64,000 nucleotides of DNA from Eledone cirrhosa (GCA_964016885.1 OZ024745.1:132990001-133054000), one strand, 5' to 3'; shown: positions 1-14,935, numbered from the stretch's first letter. The notes: generated by a model from the sequence alone, not told the origin. Numbers and translations are program-made.

Positions 1-960
1 AAACACACTATATTCGACAAAATGTCGTTCGACTAAGTCACGTAAAACTTTTCAGGCTGTCTCTCATCTTCTATATAGAGAAATATAAATAATTCTTATT
101 GATTTTGTAAATATCGTGACATAGAAAGTGTTTACGTTCAGTCATTTTCAACCAATCTCCCATAATTCCCGGATCAGCAATTATACCGTTTCACTATTCT
201 ATTTCAATCAATTTCCTCATATTTTATCTTTGCAAACTTTAGTTACTTTTCTATACTTAACGCAAATTTTTCTGGTTTAAATGCCATTTCAGCTGCTTTC
301 TATGACTTCTAAACCACACAATATATCTCCATGGAACTCAGGTTATAAGACGTGTCGAAGTATACATGGATTTTTCTATGCCTTTCCAGATGATTATATG
401 TGGTAAGACATGCTTCAGTCTGTATTTGATATTTTGAATGTGCGTTTATATAAATCTGTATTATCTTGTATATCGTAGTATTTTCGCTACGCAGTCATAA
501 GTTGAACAATTATGCGTGTATATTCTCATATATCTGTAGATAAAAAGCAACCTACATATGCGAGGTTTCTCCAGCTAGGTGAATGAAATGTCAATGTATA
601 TATGTTTATGTGAGTAAATCAGCATGTCGGTGTGGATGAATGAACAAAGAATATACCTGGAGTACAATGATGAGTGTTGCCATGAATTGCAATTATACAG
701 CAGTCATGCATGTTCTTTGAAACCTCAGCGTTTTTATTAACAGACGACATGATAATAAAAGACAGAACGATTCTTTGTGGAAATGTGGATGCGCAGATTT
801 GCTTCACATTGTTGATGATGTAGTTCTCGCTTGTTTGATTGAGAACTTTTATGTTCTCAATACATGTTCAACGGCAACGACAAAACCTAACAATAAATGC
901 GTGAATTCCTGATGAGAAAGAGTAGATGAGTAAAATGAATTTATGTGAATAGGTTTGCAC

Positions 961-1009
961 GCATACACACACACGCACGCACACACACACGCGCACACCC
1001 ACACCCACC

Positions 1010-1082
<73 letters not shown>

Positions 1083-1170
1083 GGAAAGAGAGGCAGAGAT
1101 AGTTAGATAAATAGATAAATACCCATTTATGAGTATGTATATATATATATATACATATATATGCATATAC

Positions 1171-1235
<65 letters not shown>

Positions 1236-1261
1236 TATTTAAATATTTATATATATGTCTG

Positions 1262-1316
<55 letters not shown>
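961..1316. repeat. Compound microsatellite block (CA)n/(TA)n/(GA)n/(TA)n
   Basis: Directly visible dinucleotide runs; explains the YIYI/SLSL ORFs here. Confidence 0.95.
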
Positions 1317-1319
<3 letters not shown>

Positions 1320-2551
1320 TGTATGTGTGCGCGTATATATGAGGAAATATGTGTATTCCTGTGTGTTTATGAGTGTTAAAATTCTATACAGCAACATGTA
1401 GTCTTTCCAAGCTCTGTACAGCCAGCTGGTGTACAAAGAGAACTGATCATACAATAGTTAAAACTGCAGACACAGCTATTTTCTCTTTAACGTATGAAAT
1501 AGTGTATATCTCAGTGTTAAGATTCATATAATTTTAGACTAACGTATATCTTTAATTATCAAAAACATGTGTTCATGCATGTTTACTATGTATATAGGGA
1601 CTATTATATAGGGACTATTTTGTTTAAAGCAATCGTATGACATATGTGAAGTATGTAGATATAATCATGTCTTCCCTAACGGACGTATAATCGACAGTCC
1701 AAGTAAGAAATATATAGAGATGTTAGCGTTCCATGATGGAAATGGTTATGGAGGAATAGAATGAAATAAAATCGATGCCATTACCTAGTCAGGTTAACAA
1801 TTCTTTTAGATTATCATATATAAATGTATTATACATTTTATGACATGTTAAAGCTGCAACCACACTGCATTCAAAATGAATATATTTATATTTAATCATA
1901 TTATAAGAAATATTGACATTCAACATTTTCAGCGCATATATCCCTTAGCAAAAACTTTAATGCATGTCAAAAGCAGGGTCAACATTGTATTACTTTCAGT
2001 TTATTATGATTAACACATTACTATCGAGAGTTTTACATTATGGATTCATGAAGACAGTATATAAATTAATATGTATGAGGGTACACATTAAAAAGGAAAT
2101 CAGAAGTTGGTAGAGTACGGAACACTCTTCCGTAATTCAGAGCTGTTTTGTAAATGATTGAGATATATATTTCCACCCATATACCTGATCCAAACGCATG
2201 TAGTAGAGTGGATTTCACTAACAGCAACCTGGTGGTAAAGTAAGACAAAGCAGGATGGGAATTCAGGGCGTATTGAGCTTTGAAATATACTCCAAAGCAA
2301 GTCATCTAATGCTCTAAAGAAACCACTAATCCTACAATGTTAGCATCGGTTGATTTTAATCCAGAGCGTAGGGAACCACAATAAGTACTCTAATATAATT
2401 TAGCTTACGTGCTAATGTTTCTGTCATTTGGCTACTTTACATTTGAAAGCACCACAACGTCCTAGGTAGTTGAACAATTTTAAATTCAATGACTGCAGTT
2501 GATTTAATGTTAATAATAATATCAATCACGATAATGTCTTAGATATTATGG

Positions 2552-2950
2552 TCACTGCCCTAGTCTCTCTCGCTCTCTCCATCTCTCACTACTATAAGCA
2601 AATGGAGGACCACGTGCTGGCTGCCTTGCCGCCTCGGTCGACAAAATAGAGAAGACCTTTCCTCGGAGGATAATAAGTGAGACGCGTTGGAAGAGATATT
2701 CTATCTCGTGAGGCTCAAACCTGCGGGTAGCCAACACCATGCCGATGGTGGGAAGTAGGGAGTTGCTCCTTGGGCCAAGGACACCAGACGTCTCCAATTC
2801 TACGAGCTCGACCGCAAATATGTCGGAGAGCGACCGATATTTGGAGATTACCCTGCTCGGCCCAAAGTGCAGCAGAACATTGATTAGTCACCGAGTTCAC
2901 CAGGTTGCCACTGCAGAAGGCGTCGTTGCATGTGAACTGCAAACACATTG
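2552..2950 (-). mobile_element. 3' remnant of a CRE-like non-LTR retrotransposon (restriction-like endonuclease tail), frameshifted
   Basis: Minus ORFs give FTCNDAFCSGNLVNS..SAALWAE and ETSGVLGP...LFQRVSLIILRGKVFSIL, resembling the CRE-clade C-terminal pattern (DxTC.D..., ETxGxxGP, LFQRxSxxxxRGN). Confidence 0.7.
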
Positions 2951-2978
2951 ATACACAAAATTATTTAACAACTTTGCT

Positions 2979-3038
<60 letters not shown>

Positions 3039-4149
3039 TATATTCACTGCATAATCTGAAATCTGCTATATATCTAAGTAAATGTATCGGCATTCACACA
3101 CACCCCATACCTTCAAGCTTCGATAGAAATTAACTATTCTTTTACGTACCAACCATTGTCTCGACCAGACGTTTTAGTGGTTATTTCAAATCGGAAGCAG
3201 AGAATAATACACAGCTATAGATACATCAATAATCTCAAGAGATACGTGACAATTATATAACAATAAAGAACAAAGAGTCATGTATATTTCATCAAATTCT
3301 GTATTATTTACCACTGATTCTCAGGTTTGGAATTTAACATTTCCAACGAAACTAACACATATATTTAAAATGTATTTGCAAAAGATCAATGCCTGTCATT
3401 TTACAATTGTTGCTATATAGTTTCTCATCAACTCTTACTGAATGTACATTTCATCAAACGCATTTCAAATATGATCAATTTCGTCTCGGGGGCTGCCTAG
3501 TACTACAATACGCAATGCACTCCATTGTTATTGAAGGGGATGGGTTTTCTTTGATGAAAATTTTGACTGAAGTTTCTAGCACTACATCTGAGTTTGGTTT
3601 ACTCTGTGCATCTCGAAGCATAATGACATAAATTAATACGGTTCATGCAAAGATCTCTTTAGCTTATTTATGTAATGATTTTATGGATCTGTCTCAGAAT
3701 ATTATTACGTCACAATCACTTTTAGGATCGTATCTCTACACCACATATCTCTGGATTCTACCATACTATACAGGTTCCCTATATTTTAAAGGAAACATTC
3801 CCTATTGAGAGCTACTCAGAAGCCATCGTAAACAATCTTTTTTGGTAGTCTCTGAAATGTAATTTGCAATGTTTTGTAAGCCAGCGTTGTTTGCTTCACA
3901 TCATTTCTGATCTAACTCTACATTTAAATGAGATGTTCTTATTTTCTGGATAAACCCGTTGTGTGCTCAGGCATTGTATCATTAAATCTGTACTTATTTT
4001 TTTTTCTAAGCGGATTGTTAGTATTTGACGGAAATTCGGTTGTTATTTCTAGCAAAGCCGGCGAAAGGACAGAAAATCCTTTGTTGTCTCGTTTTGCTAA
4101 TTGAAAAGTGCTTCATGGATCATAGTATATTGCAAACAGAAAAGGAACG

Positions 4150-4396
4150 CACAACAAAAGGCATCAGATTTTGAGGTTGACTGGTCTCAAACAGATCGGT
4201 GGGAGTCCGTTGCTTCTGACAGGACACGCTGGAAGAAGTTTTTGAGGACTCTGCACCGATGACAGTCTAAAAAATAAATGGGCTAAAAAGAAGAAGAAGA
4301 AGAAGAAGAAGAAGAAGAAGAAGAAGAAGAAGAAGAAGAAGAAGAAGAAGAAGAAGAAGAAGAAGAAGAAGAAGAAGAAGAAGAAGAAGAAGAAGA
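4150..4396 (+). mobile_element. RTE-like LINE extreme 3' end with (GAA)n tail
   Basis: 4200-4262 translates WESVASDRTRWKKFLRTLHR*, like the RTE terminal W..A.DR..W motif. A pure (AAG)n run follows at about 4288-4396. Confidence 0.55.
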
Positions 4397-7300
4397 ATCT
4401 AAAACTTCTTTAGATACTACATTATTATGTCATTTAAACATATATATATTGTTTATGTTTAAAATCAACAAGGGTATTAGGGAGTGCATCTGGTTTCTCT
4501 ATGTGTCATCAGAAATGGAACTTGAACATTCTTCATTTAGAATTTTTTAAATCAAATATTGAAAGTAGTTCCAAAATTATGAAGATATTTTAAAGGCATG
4601 GCATTTGAGAAAAGCTGTGAAATTTTCAAAAGTCCTCAATGAAATATACATTTGTTTAACCCTTGACATGACCTCCAACTTGAAGACTCAACTAATTCAT
4701 TTAGACATACTAATTGTAATTTTATTTTTGCTCCATATTTTTAAAGTATGGAATTTTTTAAAAGTCGTTTATAACATTTGTTTATTTAGTTGTAGGTATA
4801 ATTGAAATATTTCCTGTTTGCTTGTAAAATGACATCATAAGCACATTCAAATAATTGCAAGGTGTATGTTAACTTACGAATAGCATAAATAGGTTTCTTC
4901 GGTATCATCCGCCACACGTCTTGCACGTTTTAAAAGGAGAATCACAGTTATACATCATTACATATTCAGGAATTCATAGATATTAGAATGGGCATATTTG
5001 AAATAAATGTTTTTTTCATAAGACGCAAACTAAATAAATAAGTGATTAAATTAAGTATCAAGAAGATTGACGTCAAAACAATAAACAACGATAAAGAGAG
5101 CACAAATCTCTACAAGTTAATGATCAAAGATAATAGTAGAAACAATAACAGCAATTACGTTTGTAACATGATATGATTTGATACCTTTTTACCCGCCACT
5201 AAATCGCTCTAAATTGCCTTGAATGACAACAATAGCAATTCCCATCGCTCAATTCTCTGTCATGCTTTAGACAGCTTAATAATACCCGGAAAAGTGTTTC
5301 AAATGAGCAATTCTAAATTAATTAAGTTTCAATCACTGTCAGAATATATTTTTAACCCCCCGAAGAATATCAATTCTGCCACAAAAGAAAGCAACAAATT
5401 TGGTTGTATTTCTTACATTATCACAATTATGGTTTGAAATATACTACTTTTTTTGAAATGTTAGTCATATGTTTCTCTTTAAAACAAGGAATGATGTATA
5501 AATCTGCGGCAAAAATTATGTATTTAGTTTCTGATAAATTAAACTATATTGATTTCATTTTATTTAGCTTAATTCTAACAATTCCTCAAAAAATCATCAT
5601 CATACACTTTATATTGAAAGGATGGTGTTATGGTTGCTATAAAAATACATGTCTTACTTAGTAGAAGTCAAATATCATGTAACGTTCATCTAATATCTGA
5701 AACAAAACGCAAGAAGAATTTTTTTTTTGGGGGGGGGGGAAATGTATACAAAATATAACATATTAAACATTAGTATCTTAAATATTATGGGATATATAGT
5801 GAAAGAGAGATTGATTCATGCATTAATACAGAAGATATAGTCTACGTATATTGTGTCAACAAATAACCGAATATTGACTGTGAATGATATCTTGTGATAA
5901 ATCTTCCATATTAGTGATTTCCAATGAAAATGGAATTCGAATAAACTTTTTCCCATTAAAAAAATTCTGTACTAAAAATCCAATATATTCAGAAAAAAAC
6001 ACTTTCAAATATTAATCGTTTATTACGTATGAAAAGTTCGTCATCTTACGTTGATATGCTTTATAATACCTAAGACATCTATGTTTGCATATACGGTGCA
6101 AACTTAGTTTAAAATGTTGATAATAATCAGCTATATTTATAAGAGATATATAGTGATATTTTTTTCTGGTTCATTGCGGACCTTCACTTCAGATCGCACC
6201 AAGATCAATTTCGTGCAATATATTGATGGTTTAGTAATACAGCGAGAGATCTACGTGGTAGAGCTGCAACAATATTTAAGAGTATTTTAATGCATACTTT
6301 TAATAAATATTAGAAACAAAATTGATTTCTAGCTTTTCCATTAGGAATGTGTTTCTTTCTACATCACCTTTCCATACTTTGTTATTAACGTGTTAGCATG
6401 CTCGTTTATCAATGAACGTATAAGCAGTGAAACATTATTGTAATGGATTCGAAATGTCCATTTGAAAAGAATAGTTGTTCGTATCGTATTTTGAGCAATT
6501 TTGTCTTGAAACATCATGTAATGAATGAGCAGCAAATGAAAACCGTCTGGATCGCCATATTTAACCAGATATTAGTAATAAGGTTTAAAACGATGATCCT
6601 TTTTCTACCTGCCACACATTTTATATTATCTTCCCCGTGGCAGTTCCTTTGTATTATTTTGTGATGACATATACTTACATGATTTATCTGATAGAACGTA
6701 TAAGGTTATATTCTACAAAATCTGCAAACAATATTCAATACATCTATGTAGATACAGTATCAACTATCAAATATTATTGCGATTATTTATTTTATCATAT
6801 AAATTGTTTTACAGAAGAAATTGTATTCTACAGTCACTAGTTCTCAAACTTCAACTTAATTTTGTTTATTTATGATATTGATATACGATCCGTTCTTTAG
6901 AAATAACGGAATACTTATGTTGTTTCATATTTCTATACCACACTGTAAATGTGTGAACAATTATTACGTACTAATTCGCAAGCATAATATTTGTAATGTC
7001 AGGTTCTTAGTGACGCGGAGTGGTAGACTGAGAATAGACTAAAGTTACGAATGACAATTAATGTGAGAAAGGGCTAGAGCCTGTTTCAATTCTTCAGCGC
7101 TTAACTCCCTCTAGAATATACGGTTACATCGATTTCTTGGCAATGTGGAATCGCATATCCCTGAATATATCTATTTGTCATTCTCTGAAACACTTTAAAA
7201 TACATTTTTATAGCCCATTACTTGACTGTGTTTGTATCTTATCTTCGGAATGACTATACAGCTAGGGATTATGTTGTTAGTTGGTTTTATTTCCCCTTAT

Positions 7301-7907
7301 ACAATTATTTAGTAACGTAGTAAATTCTGATCCATTTTACACTTTTTATTTTATTAAGTATTGATTAGTTTTATTTTATCTACGTTTTTTTGTCTGCTTC
7401 TGTTTTCAGGCGTGTTTGATTTGTTTACGAATTTAATTAAATTGCGTGTGTTGTACATTGTCTAGTTCTTTTATTCCTAGGTTAGTGTATAATCTCACTT
7501 TAGTTATTTAGCCTGATATTACAGCTTTTAAGTAATGTTTTTCTCTTGAATGTCGCCTTGCCGCATGTTTCTAATTCAAGTTTCCCATGAATTTATTTTA
7601 TAGATTCGGTTATCGCCTGCAGTGGTGTATCCAGATTTCTTTTACAAGCAACATTCAAAATTAGATAGGAAATCTAGATTTTCTTGTCATAGAATTTGTC
7701 TCCAAGTCCAATCCTGTTACAGGCATCACTTCAAAATGACAATGCGAAGACACAGTGAAGGGGGTAAACGTTTACTATTGGAATCTCTTTCATTTGAAAT
7801 AGGCTTTTGGTTTTGTTTGTATATGTATAAATGTTCGCTATTCACTCATGACATATTTCTTTTATTTTCTTTATTTTTTCTTCATCAACTTCTTCTTATT
7901 ATTATTA

Positions 7908-8128
7908 ATGGGCTTTCTCCACGATAACCCTCGGAAGTTTACCCCTATTGGGGAATTTTTCATTGTTCTTTTTTTTTGTTAAATCCTCTGTTTTTTGGGT
8001 TTTTTTACACGCATGAATGCCCATTTGGTCCGTCCTGTATTGTCCTGTACTGTCCTTAATGTCTACTTTGTGTAGACCCTTGTGGTTAATAAAGAAATGA
8101 TTGTTATTATTATTGTTATTATTATTGT
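7908..8128 (+). mobile_element. Probable LINE 3' UTR fragment with AATAAA and (TTA)n tail
   Basis: T-rich segment ending CCCTTGTGGTTAATAAAGAAAT then TTA repeats; also preceded by TTA repeats. No coding evidence. Confidence 0.35.
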
Positions 8129-9305
8129 TCTTTGAGATTCAGTCATTGATATTATTTAAGTGGAAAGTTTGTTGAAATGAATATCAAGCCGCTACCTTCA
8201 GCCTCAGATATTCAGGACGTATCGGAGGGTTCTTGCTGTTCCCAGCAAGCATGCCAAAAAGCGGGGCTGGACTAATTTTCTTTAACCATCCTTGGAAACT
8301 CTTTGAGATAGTACCTAGTGCGCCTATGACAATCGGGACCACTTTGTCTTTATGGCAGTTCCAAATCCATTTTACCTCCCACTTTAAGTCCTGGTATCGG
8401 TTAATTTTCTCCCTCTCCTTCTCTTCCACTCTCGTGTCAAAGGGTCAGGCTACATCTACAATCAGGCACGATCTTTTTTCCTTGTCCACAACCACCAGGT
8501 CAGGTCTATTGTGCTCCAGTTTCTTGTCCGTCTGTATCCTAAAATCCCACAGCAGCTTCACCTGATCGTTTTCTATCACCGCCTCTGGCTTATGCTCATA
8601 CCATTTCTCAGAATGTGGTAAATTGTTTACTTTGCACAGGTGCCAGTGGATCACCCTGCCCATCACATCATGTCTCCAGCCCTTATATTGGGTCTGGGCT
8701 AGGTGTTTACACTCGGATACAATGTGAGCCACAGTCTCCTCTCTCTCTCCACAGATCCTGCACAGTGGGCTGGCCTCCTCCGTGTAAATAGGGTGTTTCA
8801 CCCACTTCGTTTTGAGGGCCTGCTCTTGCGCAACGATTAGCATTCCTTCTGTAGCCTTTTTAAGGTCTCCTCTTTTCAACCAGTTCCATGTCTGTGGATC
8901 TCTAAATTCAGTTTTCGCAAAGAAGGTACTATGAAGGGATTTTTCCTGAAGGCTGCTCTTTCTCCTTGTTGTTATTTCCTCCCTAGACACCCCCTGGTCT
9001 ATTATGTTCTCCTTCAGTACAATTTTGAGAATTGGCTCCCTACTTTCAGCCACATATTCGTACAGGCTGTTTTTCTCCATCTGAACACAGTCCGCTATGC
9101 TTATAATTCCTCTTCCACCTTCAGATCTCTTTAAGTAGAATCTATCAACATCACTCCTCTTGTGGAACATGTTGTAGATAGTCAATAGCTTCCTAGTCTT
9201 CCTATCCATTTCTTTTTGTTCAGCAACATTCCATCTCAGAGTTCCGGTACTGTACCTAATAATAGACACAGCTCGGTAATTTACTGCACTTATGGCATTT
9301 TGATG
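8100..9305 (-). mobile_element. 5'-truncated R4/Dong-like (RLE-type) non-LTR retrotransposon: post-RT region, CCHC finger, PD-D endonuclease
   Basis: ORFs 8445-9269 and 8184-8429 are in one frame, separated by one TGA. Motifs: LYLKRSEGGRG-like, CRICGEREETVAHIVSEC, RHD, LLWDFRIQTD, RPDLVVVD..IVDVA, EKINRYQDL, VVPIVIGALG. (TAA)n lies on both sides. Confidence 0.88.
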
Positions 9306-9325
9306 TGATTATTATTATAAAGAAA

Positions 9326-9360
<35 letters not shown>

Positions 9361-9380
9361 ATTAATATTATTATTATTAT

Positions 9381-9454
9381 GGGGTCGATAAAATAAAGTA
9401 CCAGTAATGCACTGGGTAATTCCTGGCCTTGCGCCAAAAGTAGAAACAATTATT
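9381..9454 (+). mobile_element. SINE family 1, 3' fragment
   Basis: Matches the 3' part (GGGGTCGATAAAATAAAGTACCAG...AGAAACAATT) of the copies at 30414, 42024 and 49938. Confidence 0.85.
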
Positions 9455-9730
9455 TGTGGAAGGCAAAATCGGGTGATATTTGTTAACATCAATATGAAAA
9501 GTCTACATAGAGACATGAAATGATTCTTCCCATGTTGTGAGAATCCTCCCGCTTCAGTCAAACATGTCGATACTCGGAGACAAACTCAGATGATATAATT
9601 TACAAGAGATAATCAGAGTGGACGATTTTCTTTGTCGTGCGAATGGCTAGACCTAAATACTATGATAAGTGGTGATGGCGGTGTTGCTGATGGTAAAGGA
9701 ATTGGGAAAGGTATTTTTAAAGGTCTAGAT

Positions 9731-9912
9731 AATAATTGTTTCCACTTTTGGCACACGGCCAGAATTTATTCCAGTGTATTTTATCGAACCCGTAAGGAAG
9801 AAAGGCAAAGTTATCCTCGGTGGGATTTGAACTCAGACTGTAAAGGGACGTAACTCTATGATGCAAAGCATGGCGTCCAACCCTCTACCGATACTGCCAA
9901 TCCAGCACCCTT
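9731..9912 (-). mobile_element. tRNA-derived SINE family 1 (octopus OR/OK-like)
   Basis: Reverse complement of the 42024-42212 copy; B-box GAGTTCAAATCCC on the minus strand. Confidence 0.85.
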
Positions 9913-9915
9913 CAT

Positions 9916-10108
9916 AATAATTGTTTCTAGTTTTGGCACAAGGCCAGCAATTAACCCACTACATTACTGGTATTTTATTTTATCGACCCGTAAGGCTGAA
10001 ATGCAAAGTTAACCTCGGTGGCATTTGAACTCAGAATGGAAAGGGCTGTAACTCTATGCGTCAAAGCATGGCGTACGACCGTCTACCGATACTGCCAATC
10101 CACCACTC
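9916..10108 (-). mobile_element. tRNA-derived SINE family 1, tandem with the previous copy
   Basis: Same head (GGATTGGCAGTATCGGTAGA), B-box and AGAAACAATTATT tail on the minus strand. Confidence 0.85.
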
Positions 10109-12943
10109 TTGATAATAATGATAACAAAGTGATGGTAATTTACAAGAATTCTTAGGTAACTCAACCAGGAGAAATTGCAAATAGGTAGATTAATAGATGT
10201 GTAGCAGTAATGAAACTAACATCCATATTTTAGTAATTTCATTTCTTTAATCCTGATTTTCATCCATACTAAGTTACTGCTCTTTCTAATAACTTTTCTC
10301 CGATAAAAATATTGGTGCTATTTCCCTTCATATTTTGTTTCATTTATCTGTTGTTTATCTAATGTTGTGAAGTGAATTTTTATATTTAAAATGTGACTAC
10401 ATTATGTTTCAAATATAACTCAACTAATATTACTATATAGACAGTCTTGCGTGTCTATGAGTCATTTTGTGTTCAATTAGAGCTTGGGTTTAGTCACGGG
10501 ATATATTAATGCATTTAATTGAGTTAAACATTCCTGGCAGTTTAAATTTGAAAATTACTGTCGCTTTTCTTTAATGTATTTTATTTATTCAACAGACAAA
10601 ATGTTTGTAAATTATCAAAAATTCCTGCTTCCACAAAATGGATGGATTACAAGTATTAATGATAGGAAACATTGATATTTATATTTGTTAGTTTTGGGAA
10701 ATAGCATGCCGATGAGAGACTGCAAATGAATCAATCTTGTAGACACATATTGCTCATGAGATTCAACTTAGGTGATATCCTTCATCACATATATTAATTT
10801 TCCTTTCACTGTTTCAGAAAAAAATGACAATTTGTCAGTTATTCTTCTCAGAGGATGTAATTGTGACATTGCTAAATAACACGAAACGATGCAACGAGGG
10901 AATGTTTACATGGCAAATGCTTACGTACAAAAAGTAGTACATTTAATGTGGGTCATTTGAGTTCAAATCCCGTTGCAATGTACTTTTTATATCTATTCTG
11001 TTGACTTTGAGGAACACACGGAGGGTATACTCTAGGGTAACTCGCCTCAAAAGAAATTAACTTCACGTATATCTGGGCTCATGGAAATCAAAGATATTGT
11101 AGTTTTCCTTGTACAATCTATTTTGGAATAGTCGAAATGAAATGCCGTATATTACTAAGAGCAACCTTGCTTTACTGAAGGCAGTAAATCATTGCCGAGC
11201 CGACTTAGAATCAGATTTAATTGGTCTAATACGTAATACTACATGTATATGAATGTATATATTTATGTATACATATATGTGTATGGGCCAATGCATACAT
11301 GCATATATGTGCACATACACATATACATAGGTAGATAAATATATATAGCCCTACCTAATATATTCATGAGGACAGATGTATATGCATGTATGTATAATAG
11401 ACAAATTAAACATGTGTATGTGGACCCTAGGCTATTTCTAATTACAAAGCTGTACATATATATACAGACTTATGCCATACCGATCCTCTTTATATATACA
11501 GAGGTAAAAGTGTTCGTGTATTTCCGCTGCTCAGCGCATGAGTTAATACATATGTTGATCAACTAGGAACGTGTGCGCTAATAATATGCAAATTAGTATG
11601 TCAATTTCAGGAAAAAACACTCTACATGATACGTCATATAAGCAGGTCGATTACATATTATATTGCAGTGTTCTAGATAATATACATATCTTCTCATAAA
11701 GAAACAACTATTTGCGAATATCGATTAAATGTATCATCTTTTTTCGAATTAGAGAGCAATACATATATTTGGCATGCTTCCCTGTTTATATACGTACATT
11801 GTGTATGTTTATATACAATTTACGCTGGCTCGGTCACATTTTTTTATGATCATATACAAATATAAATTTATCGTAAATTTCAGCTACTTAGAGCACAAAT
11901 TACTGATATAAGGTACGGTTGTTTTGGGGATGGGTGCTATTCGTAAGTGTGATAATCTAACAAGGTTATTTTTGAACGTGGTTTAGTAAATATCTTGGGG
12001 CCCACATTTCGAAGTTAACTCCGATATTTAATTTTAAATCTATACATATTAGTATAAGAATATTTTCAGCTATACATAACTAATATTTGTTCTTCGATTT
12101 GTTTAACGTGCAGCCAACTCATCTATATTCCATGTTATATTCTAGTCCGTTATATTATTATACTCGTGTCCTTATACACATTTCATTGTCCATGATATCT
12201 AATAATGCAGAAGCAATTGTAGTAACATCTCTTACACGTTTTCTCTGTAGGACTGATATTCATCTGCACTTTAATGTGAAGATAACATTGTATGATACAC
12301 TATCGCCCTTTCAAGATATCTTCTATTAACGGTATAACAATTACAGCGTTGATCACACCTCTTTCTGTTTGCATTCACCTTTCTGATAGATATTGCATTT
12401 GCACCAGCGTTCCTGCATCTACTCGTGTGTATATTATCTGTGTAGATTTGTTTACCTTCCTATTTGTATTTGAATTGTGTGTGTAAATGTATTTGTACCA
12501 ATGCATATGTTGAAGCCATTCTTTGTCTTTCTGCTAGTACTTGTGTTTATGCACATGTCAGATGCTGTTTATATCAGGGTTTCCATCGGTATCAGCATCT
12601 CTGTTTATATTCGGCTTATGTTTGTTTTTATACTCATGCATGTATCTCTGTTGTTACCTGAGTTGAATCTAGTAATTGTATTTCTATTGTCATTTGTGTT
12701 TTATTGGTATTTGCATTTATATTTCTGTTTGAATGTTTGGCTGAATATATGCTTGTATCTTTATTTTTATATATGTAAATATTTCTAATGATGTTAAACC
12801 TTGAGAATATATTTCTATTAGGGTATATTTGAATTAGGGTATTTTTCCTGTTTGTACTAGATTTTCAGTAAAACTATGACTAACTATTACAGTATTTCTT
12901 CTGAAAGTTTTATGGTAATTATTTGAATTTGGACATACTTATT

Positions 12944-13006
12944 TATATGGTTCAGGGAGACTTTATATGGTTCAGGAAGACTGTATATGGTTCAGGAAGA
13001 CTGTAT
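12944..13006 (+). repeat. 20-bp tandem repeat x3 (TATATGGTTCAGGAAGACTG)
   Basis: Three near-identical units are visible. Confidence 0.9.
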
Positions 13007-13608
13007 TTATACTGCAAAAATAAATGTATTACTTAAAAGCGATACTTCTATTTCTTTTGGGGTCGTATTATTATTGTTATGGTTTGCATTTTATAGTAGG
13101 TAACATTATTTAAAGTTTCTTCATTAAATGAAATACTTGGAAAGCTTTGTATGGATTATACAGATTTTAGCACTACCATTTATATATGTATAAACGTTTC
13201 TCATTGAGTGTCCTATACGAGAGGGCCCAAGCTGAATGTTGGTTCTGGGCCCCAACTGATTCAGCCTGTCATGAGAACAATAAAATCAACGAATGCCGCC
13301 TAGGGTTGATTGTGCTTTGCGTTTAGGAATTTATAATAAGAGTTTAAACAGGGGCAGGTAATTTAGAAATTATTTCGAAAAAGTTTTCTTTTTATATAAT
13401 GTGAGGGTAAATTCAAGGGAGGTAACTCTTCAGAGACAACAGTCAAGCTTGAATAAAAATAGAAGAAATATTTTCTTTTTCTAACTGACTCAAAGAATCC
13501 AATTTCACAGATATACAAAATAGTCAGTAAATCAACATATACTTCTAAACATGTTAATCATGTCTAAGCCATTTACTCAAAGTATGCTTCTTCTCGTGGG
13601 GACAACCG

Positions 13609-14489
13609 TCAAAGCAATGAAGCCGGTGACACAATTGGCGACACAGAATATTTATGTGCCGTCAATTGGTCTTTCATTAGAATGGATAAACTCCCGTAGA
13701 GTCTACCCTTCTGAATAAAAGCAATGTCTTTTAAGGCATTTTTTAAAGCCAACTCAATTTCGCCTTGTGAAAGTTGAGTCGGTTTTCGTGTTTTGTTTGA
13801 GATTGTCCTGAAAATCACAGTTTTCAAGACAGCTTCTCTTCGCAAATCTGGGGGAGAGTTTATGGAGAATGATCCGTTCTCCCCAAAAGTTACATATTGT
13901 CTGGCGTTATTCAAGAGCTCATTTGCATTTGAAATATCTACCGGAGTGTAGCTTACCGTTTTCTTTACGGTTTGCGCAAATGATATTTTGTCGTTTACTT
14001 CCTTGTTGCAGTTATTGGTCTTGTTGTTGTTATTATTGTTCTTATTGTTGATGTTGTTTTCGTTTTTTTCCGTTGTTGGTGTTGTTGTTGTTGTTGTTGG
14101 TTGTGGTTTTGTTGTCGTTGTTGTTCTTCTTGTTCTCGTTGTCGCTGTTGTTGTTGATGGCGTTGTTTTGGTTTGTGCCATTCACAGTTTTCGTGTTGGT
14201 GGTGATGGGTGTGTTTTAAACATATCGAAGTGTTTCAATGAGGCGGTGCGAGCTGCTTCTTGACTTGACAGTTTTACCGTCCCTCCACCACCTCTGTCTA
14301 ATTGTTGGCTGACAGATTTCATGTTGTTGTTGTTTTTGTTGCTGTTGTTGTTACTGATGTTGTTATTGGTGATAGCAGCAGGCAGGCAGCCTTCACCTGC
14401 TACTAGTGCTGTGGAAGGTGATATTAACAGCCCATCTTCACAATTCTCTGTGGGTTTTTTGTGAAGATGAAGTCAAAGAATTTGGCCAT
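13609..14489 (-). mobile_element. Probable 5' ORF1 (gag-like) fragment of an L1/Tx1-type LINE, disrupted
   Basis: ATG at 14489, T/N-rich low-complexity N-terminus, then SFAQTVK (typical ORF1 S[YF]AxxV motif) and about 120 aa of complex sequence. No diagnostic Zn knuckle is seen. Confidence 0.4.
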
Positions 14490-14709
14490 TTTGGCTATAT
14501 TCAAAATTCCGGTAGAAATTTTGTGGAATTTCTCCGTTTTTCGCTCTGATGGGCTTAATATTTGGGGTTGCTACCACCTACAAAGTGTAGGGTGGCAGCT
14601 TATCTACAAAATGATGTAAGAATGTAGATTCAGTTCATGCAATTTCCAATGAAATTAAAACATTTACTCACCAGCACGTTTTCTATGTGTTAGACAGAAT
14701 CCGAGATCG

Positions 14710-14727
14710 ATAGATGGATAGATATAG

Positions 14728-14814
<87 letters not shown>

Positions 14815-14845
14815 AAAATAGATAGATAGATAGATAGATAGAAAA

Positions 14846-14935
<90 letters not shown>

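Noticed and set aside
8445-8447. In-frame TGA at the expected Cys of DVA(C)PFD in the R4/Dong-like ORF, suggesting selenocysteine
   Set aside because: A single truncated copy with another lesion downstream; a one-base nonsense change is simpler, and no SECIS is evident.
12290-12790. Overlapping hydrophobic ORFs resembling membrane proteins
   Set aside because: TG/T-rich cryptic simple sequence; no domain motifs or splice support.
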